A stretch of DNA of 64,000 bases, from assembly GCF_009914755.1 (NCBI RefSeq), contig NC_060937.1. One strand, written 5' to 3'. The notes beneath the pieces are model-generated. The model was not told the DNA's origin. It saw nothing but the letters and a program-made list of their open reading frames with translations, and made no database searches. The stretch comes from the human T2T-CHM13v2.0 reference genome, Homo sapiens. This document shows positions 28,596 through 45,599 of this stretch, one piece after another. The position numbers and the translations under genes were made by a program. Position 1 is the first letter of the stretch. Every line of letters starts with the position of its first letter.

Positions 28596-28660
28596 AATTG
28601 TGATAATACATTTTATTTAACACAGTATATCCAAAACATTATTCCCAACTGTAATATAAA

Positions 28661-28664
<4 letters not shown>
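28596..28664. mobile_element. MER33-like fragment
   Basis: ataatacattttatttaacacagtatatccaaaacattat. Confidence 0.5.
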
Positions 28665-28706
<42 letters not shown>

Positions 28707-28989
28707 CTTTAAGTTTTAGGGTATATGTGCACAATGTGCCGGTTAGTTACATATGTATACATGTGCCATGTTGGTGTGCTGCACCCATTAACTCGTCATT
28801 TACATTAGGTGTATCCCCTAATGCTATCCCTACCCCCTCCCCCTACCCCACAACAGTCCCCAGAGTGTGATGTTCCCCTTCCTGTGTCCATGTGTTCTCA
28901 TTGTTCAATTCCCACCTATGAGTGAGAATATGCGGTGTTTGGTTTTTTGTCCTTGCGATAGTTTACTGAGAATGATGATTTCCAATTTA
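28663..28989 (-). mobile_element. Young L1PA 3' end (L1PA2-4-like) with (TTA)n tail
   Basis: (tta)n then tactttaagttttagggta...ttgttcaattcccacctatgagtgagaatatgcggtgtttgg. Confidence 0.92.
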
Positions 28990-31507
28990 CTTTCAAACTT
29001 GTCTGAGAATGGTTACTCTGGATGTTCAGAAACATTTCACTTTCACAGTTCAGTCATATTCTTGTCTTTCATTCAAATGTCCGCAAAAATAGGCAGGTGA
29101 GCAAGTGCTGGCTAAGGCAGTTCAGTGAGGAAAGGGCTAGAGGGGAGGAGTTCTGAAGGCCATAACCAGAATCTAAAAGAAGTTCATTCCCCTGAGGAAA
29201 ATTCCCTATTAACACTGTTCCCATAATTGCTTTCACTTTTATGAGAAATGTAAACAGTCAGAAATGAAACCTCATTAATATAATGAAAATATTTCTTGCT
29301 GGAATTAATAAAACTCTCTCCTGCTGAGTTTAAAGCACCAAGTTATTGAAAAGACAAAAGTGTGACTTTCAGCTTTTGCCTGACAATTGGAACGTGAAAT
29401 TCTCATGGTATGTCTCTTATTCTTAGCTTCGGTCTTGCCAAAACTATTTCCATGGAAACAGACATCAAATCTGAAAATACTGAAAAAGCTACTATGGGGA
29501 TGATCATCTAAACTCATTTGCTATACTTCGCCAAGTAAGGTCCCGAGTGTAAAAAGGCGAACACAGGCTGGCATCCTAGTGTAAAAATGACTTTGCTATC
29601 AGGGAAAAACCACAAGGGCCTCTTAGGGGACCATGTTTCTTCCTTCTATTTCTCTATCCCTCTTTTGTTTCTTTTTCCCTCCCTTCTCTTCTCACTTATT
29701 CAGTCATTCCTTCACCCAATATAATTGAGTTCCTATTTATGGTTAAATATATGTACACATATTTGTGTTCTCCCATGTAAGTCAGGAACACTGATGCATG
29801 GTTTTCAGAGAGAAACCAATAGACAGATACTGTCTTGCATTGTATCTAGGAAGCATGTCTGTTTAAACAGATGCAAACAATGGAAGGGCAAGGTTGGTGT
29901 CTTGCCATCACTGGCATCTAACACAAAATGGCTCCATAAACATTAGGAATCCTGATGCCTGAACAGAATGGTTGGAGCCATAGTAGAACTGTTGAGGACT
30001 GGTATAGGAAATGTGTTGGAGAGTTAGTGTAGCTGAGAAACACAAAAGGAACCTCGTTTCCTTTGAGTGAAGAAGCCACAGGTGTGTGGTTGGGGAATTC
30101 AGAAGCCTGTGCCTAAGGTGGAAATAGTAGACTTAAAACCACAGTGCTTGAAGCACAGCCAATAAATGAGGATCAACTCTCTTTATTCCAGACAGGATTG
30201 AACATCTTCTCTCAAATGAAACAACTTTAATACAAAATTACCCTTATCATAGAAAGATGGATTAATTGGCCTATTAGAAAAATAAAGAACACCCCTGAGT
30301 AGACAGACCTTTGATTTCTGTAGCAACTGGGTCATGTCCAAAAGTTCTTTATTAAATGTATAGCCTGAGTGGTTTCCTTGAATAATATGTCGAGTGGGAA
30401 TTAATTGCACAATGTATTAATTATGGGAATATAGCCTACAAATGTAGTCAGTCATGTAAACCTTTATAGTTGTTCATCTGGGATTTTAAAAACTTTCAAA
30501 TGTGAAAAGGAATCATGAATCTACCCCCACATAAAATAGGGAATGGTAGGAGAAAAATCAATTCCCATTTTTAAAGACCTTTTAAAAAGTGGAGAATGGC
30601 AAGCATTCATGATTGTTACCCTAAAGGTTCTTATTGACACAGGCTAATATAAATTGAGCAAAAAGGTTTTGTTCATCTTTACATCTCACCATAGCTAATG
30701 GTTCTAACTCATGAAATCAGTTATTAATAATTAAAATTAATTTTAAAAGACAGTAGATAATTGACTTTGAAGACATCACTTTTTAAAGTGCCACCATACT
30801 TCATGTTTCTCAGCTCCTCCTGGTTAAAACAAAAGCTATTATAGACCCTTAAACAGGGCCCTAGAGTGTGAGGAAAGGTCAGAAAAATGCTGCCTTATGA
30901 AATGAGAGCCAAGGAGGATCATCATAAAATGGATGAAAATGTTCACCTACAGAAATCTTCCTAGAAGTGACTCTTCAGAAGAAAGGTTTTGAAAATGTTT
31001 CCGATTAAAAACATAGCTCCCTGTTCATCCAGGACTCCAAAGTGGCTCTCCAAAAGTAATCCAAAACAAATACCCACAGCACAACTAGAGAAAGCAGGTG
31101 CTAATTTTGGAACTGTAATAGTAATATATGTTATAACAGACAATTTTGATGATTGACAAGAGATACTGAAAAAGATGAGTTCAACAGCTAAAAAGTCTTC
31201 AGCATTCTTTCCAGGGGAGAAGACATTCTGATTTTAGAAAACTGATCTTGCTTATCTAATCACAAATATCCCTACAGTGGAAAATGGTGATTCATCAATG
31301 TTATAGAGTTATAAAAATATCCTTTAAAGAACATCTTAGTTCATATATCTCAATCTGTTGCTTATCGAGCCATATCATAACATCTTTCTTCCATATTATT
31401 CTATCTTCTTTGAAAGTTCTGGCCTATTCTCCATTTCTACTGTTGAAATTCTGCCCATCCTTCAAGGTTCAACTCAAGCATCTCCCTCTTGACACAACCA
31501 TCTCTGA

Positions 31508-31951
<444 letters not shown>

Positions 31952-32899
31952 TTGATTCATATTTTTAACAAAAGTTCGTGAGAATATATCTGTCAAACTC
32001 TTTTGCTAGATGCTTTATGTTCACTGAATCCTCACTGTGTCCCCCACATGCTTGTATAGTCCCTTATCCACTGTGGACCCTTACTAACTTTGCATTGCCA
32101 TTTAATATGACCAGCTGAGAAGATTCTCTTATCAGGAAGGTGTGTCCCTGCAGGTGAATGGATCCAGGAAAATGGGTTCCTATTACATTCATTTTAAATA
32201 AGTGAGCTTATTGGAATTTGAGTCATATAAGCCAACTTCCCAGAGTGCAATCATCTCTGGATGAAGGGGAAAACATAGTATATCTAAACTTACAAGTTGA
32301 TGCCTAGACTGTGGAATGTGGGGACTCCACTAATGAGTAGCTGTTATGATGAGACCCATGAGGCCTCTAGAAGCTATACTGTACCCCTTCTTATATATAT
32401 TTTCCAAAAGCATCCAATTTGAAGAACAAAAAAACTGCCCTGAGATGATATGTGTATTCCAATACGGCAGAACTCGGCTTAGATGAGAACGATTCTTGCA
32501 CGCTTTCCAAAGAAATCTCAAAATCTGAAACGAAAGCTCACCAACTTGATTGGGGAGAAATTCAAAATAAATCAACAGCTCAACAGCTCAACAGCTCTTT
32601 TTTTAAGCAGACCTTACTAACTAGGCCTTCATAATTACAACACAGTGATATTAAGTAGACAAACAAAAGTAGTTTATTCTTATATAAAGGTTAGGCTTTC
32701 ATTTAAAGTACTATATGGGGAAAGCAATCTAAAACTTTTGAAACCAAGGGCACAAGGAAACAAATTTTTTTCAAAGTGCTTGCAGAGTCAGACTCCAGAA
32801 ATTAATTTTTATATGCAGGTGTACCTGGATAGGCATTTTCTATTACATAGTTTGTACTCAAGATGAAGTACATTTTCTGCTTTGCTTTCCATTCCTTGC

Positions 32900-33990
32900 A
32901 CTCTGAAAATTTGTGACCTAGTAGGGGAATAAACTAATGATTATAATCGAATATGTGAAAATATAGAGATATGGAGGGGTTTTGGAAGAATCAAAGCAGG
33001 GCAAGTACCTCATTTATAGAGGGAAGGGGAAATGTGAAGGCTTCCTGGAAGAGGTGATGCCAAAATCATAGGAAAGTAGAAAAGTAGAAGGCAGCTAGGC
33101 AAGAGGATGAGAAGGCTTTTCAAGCAGAAGATTAAAAAATGAAAGTGTGGGAGTGAAATGACATGAGAATGATGGGAAATTTATTGCAGCTGGAGAATAA
33201 AAGATGAGGCAATATACAGTAAGAGATGAAATAGAGGTATGGACCAGGTCCATATTTATGGGGACTTTATGCCTTTCATTTAAGGATCCGTACTTTATGG
33301 GGCAAGAGAGACACTCAAGAGTTTCAGTCAGGAGAGCAATTTAGTTAAACCTGTTTCATATGGCTCACTTCAGTGGCAAGGTAGAGAATGAGAGCAACAA
33401 CCCTGTGGACAGGGAAATGTTTGCATTAGCACCAGAGAGAGATGATGAGGGCTGACTGGGAGGAGAAAACTGATCTAGGAAACAGTGAGCAAGTAAAAAC
33501 AAAAGAACCACTCAACTGCTTGCATGTGGAGCTTAGGAGGAGGAGAGGAATTCTGTGAGTCTAATGGGCTGAGTAGATGTTGATGGCAGATGCTAAGACA
33601 GCCTTCAGGAGAAACAGGTAGACAATGAGTAGAGCTTTTCACCTGAGAAGTGTGGGGGACTTCTGGCTATAAGCAGCCACAGGGTACTTGGATGCCGGGG
33701 GTTGAAGCCCTGGGAAGCACTTCATGCTGGGATGTGGATTATTAAGCAGTTTGTCAGTGTTCTAATAGCTGAACCCACGAAAAGAAAAGGACCCAGCAGA
33801 AGCAAGAATAAAAAATGAGAAGGTAGAGAATGGGTCTCTGGAGAATATTACCATTTAAGGAAGAGGAGAAAAGGAGTCTGCAAAAGCCACAGAGGAAGAA
33901 GATCTAGGGAGTGGGAAGGAGCTGAGGAAGAAGACAGATGTGAAGAAATCAGTCCACAGAATCAAACAATTGCATTAAAGAGTAACAGTA
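32900..33990 (-). mobile_element. Degenerate L2
   Basis: gaaggcttcctggaagaggtgatg and other purine-rich L2 motifs. Confidence 0.5.
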
Positions 33991-34959
33991 GATGAGTATG
34001 TGCATATATGTGTATGTATACACATATGATTCTGTTTTTGTGGATCAAGATAGTATCTGAGCACAAGTTTACACTGCCTCACCCCTAAAATTCTATTTAA
34101 TGATACAAAAGAATTAGAAGAAAAAAATCAGAATTACTGAAAAGAAAATGTCATTTTATTAGTGTTTTTTAAATGATGGAAGAATTTCTGGAAGACAGCA
34201 GATGGGATCTGGTTTAGAGGGAAACAGAACTTGAAGAAAGGACAAAAACAAATATAAGAAACTGCAGCAAATGTCAGCAGGGTTTTAAGGAAACTGCATG
34301 AAATGCAGGATAAAAGGATATACACATGGATGGGAATTAAGGGGCATTCTCCAAGGGCTGAAATCTGAGGGAGCTTTGCTTGGCAGTGCTCCTCTCCTGC
34401 CTATGCTCTGTATTGGGGAGGAACAGCACAGTTCAAGGTTAACACAAGAGCTGTGGCTGCTGATCCAGAGAGGCAGAGAGGGATGAAGGATAACTTCACT
34501 TTGTATTCTCTATAGTCCTGAGCTGTTTCTTTCATGTTGAGAATGTATTTGTGTATTACCTGAATGAATTGTTGAAATAGAAATAGTCTTTCGGATTCAA
34601 CTGGAAATGCAGAAGGGCTTGGTGACCTTGACAAGAACAATAAAAGGGAAGGAGGCTGCAGCCAATGTTGCTTTGCGACATGAATGAAAGGTGACAAAAT
34701 AGAAAAAGCAAGGGTAAAATCTTGGGGAAATTAACATAAGTTGGAGAGAGATGGAGAGAAATCAAATTCTTGGGAAGGACAGGAGGTAGAGACAGGAAGT
34801 ACAGAAGATCAGGGGTACAATTGGAAGATGCGAGTAGAAAAAAACAATTGTGCATGATGGTCTTTTCTTGGGGAAGAATGGGACATGATTATCTGCCTTA
34901 GACAGTGGCAATCAAAGGCTGTAAAAAGGACCTAAACAGAAAAATCTGAAAAAATCCAC

Positions 34960-35256
34960 TACCTGGCACAGTGGCTCATGCCTGTTATCCCAACACTTTG
35001 AAAGGCTGAAGTGGGAAGATTGCTTGAGCCAGGAGTTCAAGATCAGCCTGGGCAACACATTGAAAGCCCATCTTTACAAAAAATACAAAAATTAGCCAGG
35101 TGTGGTGACATGCACCTATATTCCCAGCTACTCAGAAGGCTGAGGTGGGAGGATCGCTTGAGCATGGGAGGCTGAGGCTGCAGTGAGCCATGATCACACC
35201 CCTGCACTCCAGCCTAGGTGACAGAGTGAGACCCTGTATCAAAAACAAAAAAAAAA
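34960..35256 (+). mobile_element. AluJ
   Basis: Dimer with gattgcttgagcc and gaggctgcagtgagccatgatcaca; TSD aaaaatcca. Confidence 0.9.
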
Positions 35257-35793
35257 TCCAAGAACAAATTAAAGGACTGATAGCAATGAACAAGAGGATC
35301 TAGCTGAGGTTAAAAACCACAGATAGGTGGTGTGCCCAATTCGCAGAGTAAAATTTTCTCCAGCAGGTCTGAGTTACTTGAGTGTAGCAACTGTAAAGGC
35401 TGGTTTGTCAGAGCCATCCAGGTTGGGTTTTGGTTAGGCCAATGAAGGAGTAGGATACTAGGACACAGAGGATGCTGGTGACAATAAACTGATCAGAAGA
35501 TCCACCTTAGCTCCTTGCATGGTGACGATTCCTATCTCTTAACCCAGAAAAGACTGATCTGGAGAGAGTGGAAGCCTCAAGAGCATACAGGATCCTGACG
35601 CAGCCCAAGGGCAGAGGGTGGGCATGAAGGGGCAGCATGCAGATGTTATTCCTCTGCTTTAAATAGCCAGAAGCAACACAAGTACCCTGTCCCTTCTCTT
35701 CCTCTTAGAAAGAATATTTAGCAAAAGAATAAAGAAATTCATAGTCCATAAGCCAGGCCAAATCAACAGACTAACAAAAAATGAAGCACTTCT

Positions 35794-36098
35794 GACCGGG
35801 CATGGTAGCTCACACCTATAATCCCTGCACTTTGGGAGGCCGAGGCAGGCGGATCTCCTGAGGTCAGGAGATCGAGACTAGCCTGACTAACATGGTGAAA
35901 CCCCGTCTCCAATAAAAATAGAAAAATTAGCTGGGTGTGGTGGCGGGCACCTGTAATCCCAGCTACTCAGGAGGCTGAGGCAGGAGAATCACTTGATCCT
36001 GGGAGGCAGAGGTTGCGGTGAGCCAAAATGGTGCCACTGCACTCCAGCCTGGGTGACAGAGGGAGACTCTGTCTCAAATAAAAAAGAAAAAAAAAAGA
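35794..36098 (+). mobile_element. AluS
   Basis: Full dimer and A-rich tail; TSD-like gcacttct/gcacctct. Confidence 0.92.
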
Positions 36099-38134
36099 AG
36101 GCACCTCTTTCTTTCTTATGACCTGATCGTTTCTTAATTATTCTCACCAGTTTCCAGTGGCCATGGATCATCTATGCTGTGCTAAGTGCTGTTTTATTGA
36201 GCATGTTTTCCCAAAGATGAGGCTGAAGTCTGCCATGCAGAGAGAAGTCAGCTGCCACTCTGGCAGGCTCTCAGCTGCCTGGGTCATTAAATGACTTCTT
36301 ATCCATGGGTTAATGTCCCGAAGGACAACCGAGGACATGTCTTTCAAGAGCAGAGGTTTTCGTGATATTTTACCGTATTGTGCTTCTAAGTATGAGACAA
36401 CTGGCCAGGCAAGGAGATGTCCCTAAATTCTCTTGCATCTGTGGGCAGAGGAGGGGAAGGGTCACTGTACTCAGGGACAAGAGAAGGGGTGGGCCAAGTG
36501 GTGGCCCTGCGGATCCTTTGTTTCAGGGTAGTGACAAGCATAGATGGCCACTTGACACTTGACAGCTCTCCAGCACTGCCATACTCTAGAGACAGTAGCA
36601 CTTTCTCTCAACATGGCTATGAACATCTCTGTTCCTGGATGCCAAGCCACTCAGCTGCAGGCTGGGGCAGTGCCTGGATCTCTCTCTGGACCTCTGGGGA
36701 GGGAAATGAAGTATGGCAGGAACAAAAATAAAGATACAACAAATGGAGGCAATTTCACTTCTTCCCCCTAGGAGAGAAAGTGAAAAGATAGAGAAACCAA
36801 AGGAGACTTGGACTAATTCAAGTTTCCATTTGTATTCTGGTAGATGCTAACTTACCATATGATCTCCCAGAAGTGGAAGTGAGGACAGGTAACCCAAAGC
36901 CCTTTCTGTCCTGGTTGCCTGAATAGTCTCTGACATGTACTTCTTAGGCTGACTAATAGCCGTATGAAGGAGTTGGGCATAAACCTGGAGGGTCCCAGGA
37001 GAGACAATCTCAAGTGGATTCCTCAGATAGTTTGTTTCAGGCTGTGGGGCTGGGAATGTCCTCCAGTGTAAAGGCTGACAGAACACCATCTGGTTTTGAG
37101 TCTGGTTTACTCAGTTGATTTATTTTTTCAAGCATTTTTTTTCCAGAAGATACAGTATCATAGGAAAATATATTTTGCTGTCATTCCTCTTGGACCTAAA
37201 TGAGCATGCTATTTTTTCAACCTAAGTGCTTAGATTTTATGTAGTTACATTTGCTTGTATACATTCACTTCATTCCATATAGAATTTGAGGTCGTTCATA
37301 AAAAAAGAAGTAAAAAATAAGACCAAAAAAAGTGCAAAAAGTATGCCAGTCAAAAGGTCTAGAAAGTAGATACATGAAGTTACATGCAATTCCAAGTATA
37401 GTAGTTTTTGGGAAATTAGAGGCTGAGTTTTGAAACTCACAAGCAAGTGAAAATGGTCAGGGAAGTTAAAAAAAAAAAAGAGAAAGTACTAAATCAGAGA
37501 CAATAAAAAAATCCTTAATTAAAAGTATGCTGTGGTGAACGACTAGACAGATCAGTAGAAACAGTCAATAAACACCTAAATACACATGGAATGCAGTAGA
37601 TGGCAAAGGTGGTATATGAAGTCTATGGGGAAACAAATGATGCTGGGACAATAGGTTGCCATGCAGAAAAAGATAAAATTAGATCACGTGTTAATTTCTA
37701 AATGGCCCAAAGACTTAAATTTATAAAACAAAACCATAAAAGTAATGGGAGGAAACATTTAACTTTATAGTGGAAAAGGCTTTTGTAGCAATGATTCAAA
37801 ATTCAGAAGCCATAAGAGAAAGGAACATTAATAAATGAGACTCCATAAATCCATGTGGAAAAAAACAAGTAATGTCAAGTGACAAGTAACAAACTGGGAA
37901 TATACAGGTAAGATGTGATAACACAAAGAGCTTAATCCCCTAATTTACCAATTAGGAAAAAGCCAAGACAAGAGTTCAAATTATGTTGAAAACTTAATTA
38001 ACACTTATATGACAAACATTACATTTACTCAATCTTTAACCTCATAAAGACAGAAAATAAATTAGCATCTATTTTCTTTTCTCACATGGCTAATTAGTAT
38101 ATGAAATAGAATCCAAGAGAGATCCACCATGCAA

Positions 38135-38300
38135 ACAGAAACCATAATGTAGGTTCTGTTACCATCTCCATTTTATCACCAGGAACCTGAGACACAGAGA
38201 GGTGAAGTAACTTGCCCAAGGTCACACAGCTTAGAAGGGACAGAGCCAGTATTCAAATCCAGATAGTGTGGCTCCAGACATTTTGCTTATATTCACCAAG
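38135..38300 (-). mobile_element. MIR SINE
   Basis: ctgagacacagagaggtgaagtaacttgcccaaggtcacacagct. Confidence 0.8.
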
Positions 38301-39403
38301 TCCTACAGCAAAAACCATGGACAGCCAATTATAGAAAATAAAAACATAACATGAAGCGATGCTAAAACCCCCATATACTAAATCAACACAAAACTACAAT
38401 GAGATTTTATCATTTTCTCTGTCCTTCAAAGCTTCCTGAAACATCTGCACTGTCTAGGAAGGTAGCTATTTGAGCTGCATGAAGGCAAGAGGTTAGGTCC
38501 AGGAAGGTTAGGATTCTATGTAAGGTGTCACAGCTTGAGGGGAATGGCCCCAAATAAATGTAACCCAGCTTGCCTTTCCTCCCATTACAAAAGTAATAAT
38601 GCAGAAAATACATGATTATGTTTATCCTTGAGGGAAAAAAATCTATTTAGACTGACGGTACTTCAAAATTACCCCATAAACTGCAAATATATTTCTGAAA
38701 TGAAATAACATCTGGAAAAGGAATTTAAAGTGGTATCTTTGGTTGCCTGTCAGAATACGGCAATGTGAGAATAGTCATTTTCACCTTTTCTGAGATATGT
38801 CTTTGCTAAAGACAGGAAATAAAGTAGCTTCTATTTTCTCTTCTCATGGCATTGGCAGATGGAAAAAGGATACATCATGAAGGGTCCATGAGAAAAGAAA
38901 CCATCCTGAGGAAAGGGTTTGCTCATTTTATACGTTGCGGTGAAGTCACAGTTACTGCTGATCATGGGAAGTAGGTTTATAAAGGGAAAATGAAATCCAT
39001 AGAGAATACTAGGATCACTCTCTCTCCACCCCGCAGGATTATTCTTAATCCAATGCTTCAATCTCCTGTCATTGCTGCTTTACTCAGAAGCTCCCACACA
39101 GAAAACACAATGATTTGCAATTATGTTCCTTTTCCTCAGAATTAGATGGAATCCTTCGCAAGCAGTGAAGTGACCACACTGATAATGGTGAGCAAGGGGA
39201 AAGCAGCAGTACATTTCAGGAGTACTGAGTGCAGGAAAACTTGACTAATCTATGATGTGGTTACCGAGGTGAAAATGTGTCAGATCCTTGCTAACTTTGA
39301 AAGTTGGCCGCCTCATCCAAGAAGCTGTCTTTGACCCATGATGCAGTTATAACAGCTGCATTCTGGATCATCTGAAACACTTTGGAATAAAAATATTTGT
39401 GAC

Positions 39404-39953
<550 letters not shown>

Positions 39954-40205
39954 TTAAGGAAAAAGATGACAATCCTGCCATTCTTTCTAATTTAATCATC
40001 TTGATAAGTGTGAAGTCTTTTGACAGATTCTCAGCACTTGTGTGTGTATTTGTGTGTGTATGTATACATATATATATATATATCTCCACATATTATCACT
40101 ATATTATCATTAGTTTACCAGAATGAGCTCACACCATGCATACCACTCCAAAACTTGCTTCTTGCATTTAACATTATGAACATTCCTTCACTTAAATATC
40201 AAATA

Positions 40206-40704
40206 CAGTGGTCCCCCCTTGTCTGAGGGCCATACATTCCAAGACCTCCAGTAGATGCCTGAAACCAAGGATACTAAACTTGATATAGACTGTTTTTTTT
40301 TCCTGTATATGCGTACCTATGATAAAACTTAATTTATAAAGAAAGCACAGTAAGAGATTAGCAGCAGTAAGAATTAAAGTATTAGTAAATGATTGAGTAA
40401 AATAAAGATGACTGGACTACAAGCACTATGATGCCATGGCAGTTGATCAGATGACTGAGATGGCTACAAAGTGACTCACAGGTGGATAGCATCTGCAGTG
40501 TGGATATGCTGGACAAAGGGATAATTCACATTCTGGGTAATACGAGGCAGGATGGCGGGAGAGTTTATCACTCTACTTGGTATGGAGGGCGATTTAAAAC
40601 TTTCAAATTGTCTATTTCTTGAATTTTCCATTTAACAATTTCAGACTGTGGTTAACTGGGTAAATAAAACTATGGAAAGGGAAACTGGATAATGGAAACA
40701 ACTG
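40206..40704 (+). mobile_element. MER44 (Tigger7-derived) DNA transposon
   Basis: ta|CAGTGGTCCCCCTT...acattccaagacctccagtagatgcctgaaacc...CAACTG|ta, with TA target-site duplication. Confidence 0.8.
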
Positions 40705-42384
40705 TAGTCTCAACTTAATATTTTTAAGATCTTCAAAATATTCTGCAATTTAGAGAAAAGTGACATATCTAAACATAATCCAACCTTTCCATTTCTTTCT
40801 GAAGAAATTGCTGCATTAAAAATCATTACATGTGCTTTTGTTTTTCTATAGAATAGATTCTCTCAAGTGGAATTGGTAGGTCAAGTTTTAATAGCTTTTG
40901 CTAGATGGCCCAAGAACAAATAATTCACATTTCCACAAGCAGGGTTTTGAGAGAGTGCAAGTGGTGCCATATTCAGGGCAGCACTGGCTGTCTTCACTAA
41001 CTTCATTTTGCCAATTGGATAAGTGAAAGACGTTACTGCATTGTTTTAGATTATATTGCCATGACTGTTTAAGAGGCTAAACATGTTAAATAAGTTTTAT
41101 TGTCCATTTCAAGTTATGTTTCTGTGAATTGCCTGAAATTTTAGTTTGCTTATTCTCTCTGTTAGATTGTTTCCTTTTCCTCTTTTTAAATATGTTGCTA
41201 TTTGTATTTTAAGGTTATTAACCCTTGGTCTGCCAATCATATACATTGCAAATATTTTTCGTTTAACTTTGCTTACACTGATTTTAGCCGTATCAAACTT
41301 ATATAACTGTTTATGTATATATTCTTCTTTATGGCATCTGCATTTTTTGACTTGCTTTTAAAGATCTATTCTGCCACTAGGTTATTTAGAAATTATTGGA
41401 AAACTTGTGAATTGGGACTCAGGGTAATGAGGAAATAACTTAATGAGATTATTTATTTTAGATATATTAATAGAAATAACGTGATGATTTGAAATGGGAC
41501 TGTAATCATAAGAGCAATGGAAGAGTCCCATAACAATTCAAACTAACCGGGTTGGAGGAAGGAAATTAAGACATTGTGCAAGTCAGTAAATGAAATAGTT
41601 CATTTAAAAATGAGCTATTAAAATATAAATATAAGATGGAAGGGCTAAAACTGATGCTGATTGTCACAAATGTGGGCAGGTCAAATTTCAATATTAAAAA
41701 GGCAAAGACTAACAGATTTTGTTAAATAAATCTATCCATATGTTACTTGTGAAAATGCACATAAAGCAAAGCTACAAAAACATATTAAAAATGAAAAGGT
41801 GAGAAAATAGCCTGGGGAGAGTCAAACAAAAAAGATAGAGTAATATTAGTACCACGTAAAGCAGAATTCAAGGTCCCAAACCTGTCCTTGGGGTCAGGGA
41901 GAGAAAAAGCAATTGGTGAGAGGGTACCAAGGTAGCCAGGATGTTAAGAAGTTAAGATTCTGGAGTGAAGGGAAGAGCAAGAAAGCAAGGTAATACTATG
42001 AGCTACCTTTCTACTCAGGCAGTTGCCAGTTTGTTAAAGGAACAGATTGAGAGACCGAATAGCTAAAGAGAGTTAGCAGTAGTCTTACGATGTTGAGGAT
42101 ATGAAACTTGAAGCTCAGAGCTCCTCAAAATGGAGAACACGTCAGGCTTTCATCTGGGATCATGAAAAAATACATCCTAGGTATAAAGGCAAACTAGAAA
42201 TAGACTGGCTTTTATAAGAACCTTGCCTTAAATAAACTCAATCCCTTATTGGATTAAGGGGAACTGTGCTTACTTTAACTGCTGTTAATGCTAAAAGACT
42301 CCACTCTGGAGAAAGGCAGTATCAACAAAACACCCAAACATTTTATTTCAGTGTCCAGTATTCAATTAAAAAGAATTACCAGGC

Positions 42385-44560
<2,176 letters not shown>

Positions 44561-45306
44561 CCCATGAAGGTATAGAAAATGTAAATGCAATAACTATAGA
44601 AGTTAGAAATGTAACTTAAAATACTATTTAAAAAGGAGCCAGGATGAAGAGATTTGGAACCAAGTTCTACATAACCTCTCAAAAACATGTAATTTCTACT
44701 TAAAGACTTCAAGACTTAGGGAAAGTGGAAACTTCTCTATCATTTAATAAAGCTAGAAAAAGAAAACTTGTAAGAATCATAAACCAACCAACTTTGTCAT
44801 ACAAACTCAATATTCCAGGAATGTAAGACAGTATTACATTTAGAAATTTACCAAGAGAGTGAACATATCAATAGCTTGAAGAGAAAATATCAATTGAGTC
44901 TAAAAAAAGCTTTAGTTACTAGTAGAAGCAAACAGGTTAGATCATATTTTAAAATTCCAGCTAGACTAAGGATCTAAATTAAAAGAAACCACACACAAAG
45001 CAAACAAAAAACTAAACCCAAAGCAAAATAATCAAAACAGAAACACTAGAAGAAAACTCAAGAGAATATTTGTGCTGAGTCTCTGTAGGTCCTTCATTAG
45101 ATCTGTCTTTTTCCTTTTTACATTTTCCGCTTGCCCCCTCCTCAGGGCACACACCTCAGACTTCTAGTATAGATTCTATGTAACTTTTTTTTATTCTTTT
45201 GTTTCCTTGTCTTCTCCTACCTTACTGTGAGAGATCTTTGAATGCATATCTTTTTCATCTTGGTCTATACAGTGCCAAACACATAGTAGATGCACATTAC
45301 AAGACT

Positions 45307-45599
45307 GGTCAAATGTGGGGGCAGTGGCTCATGACTGTAATCCCAGCACTTTGGGAGGCCAAGGTAGGGGGATCACCTGAGGTCGGGAGTTCGAGACTAG
45401 CCTGACCAACATGGAGAAACCTTGTCTCTACTAAAAATGCAAAATTAGCCGGGCGTGGTGGCACATGCCTGTAATCCCAGCTACTCAGGAGGCTGAGGCA
45501 GGAGAATAGCTTGAATGCGGGAGGCGGAGGTTGCGGTGAGCCAAGATAGCACCATTGCACTCCAGCCTGGGCAACAAGAGCGAAACTTCATCTCAAAAA
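45307..45599 (+). mobile_element. AluSp-like
   Basis: ggtcgggagttcgag...cctgaccaacatggagaaacc; aagactgg(t/c)caa on both flanks. Confidence 0.92.

Noticed and set aside
32572-32597. (tcaacagc)x3 and other micro-repeats, e.g. near 1490, 5805, 18340 and 40040
   Set aside because: Ordinary slippage repeats without spacers; not CRISPR-like or otherwise structured.
38306-38326. REST/RE1-like cagca...accatggacagcc
   Set aside because: Left half-site is poor and spacing is non-canonical; not supportable without ChIP data.
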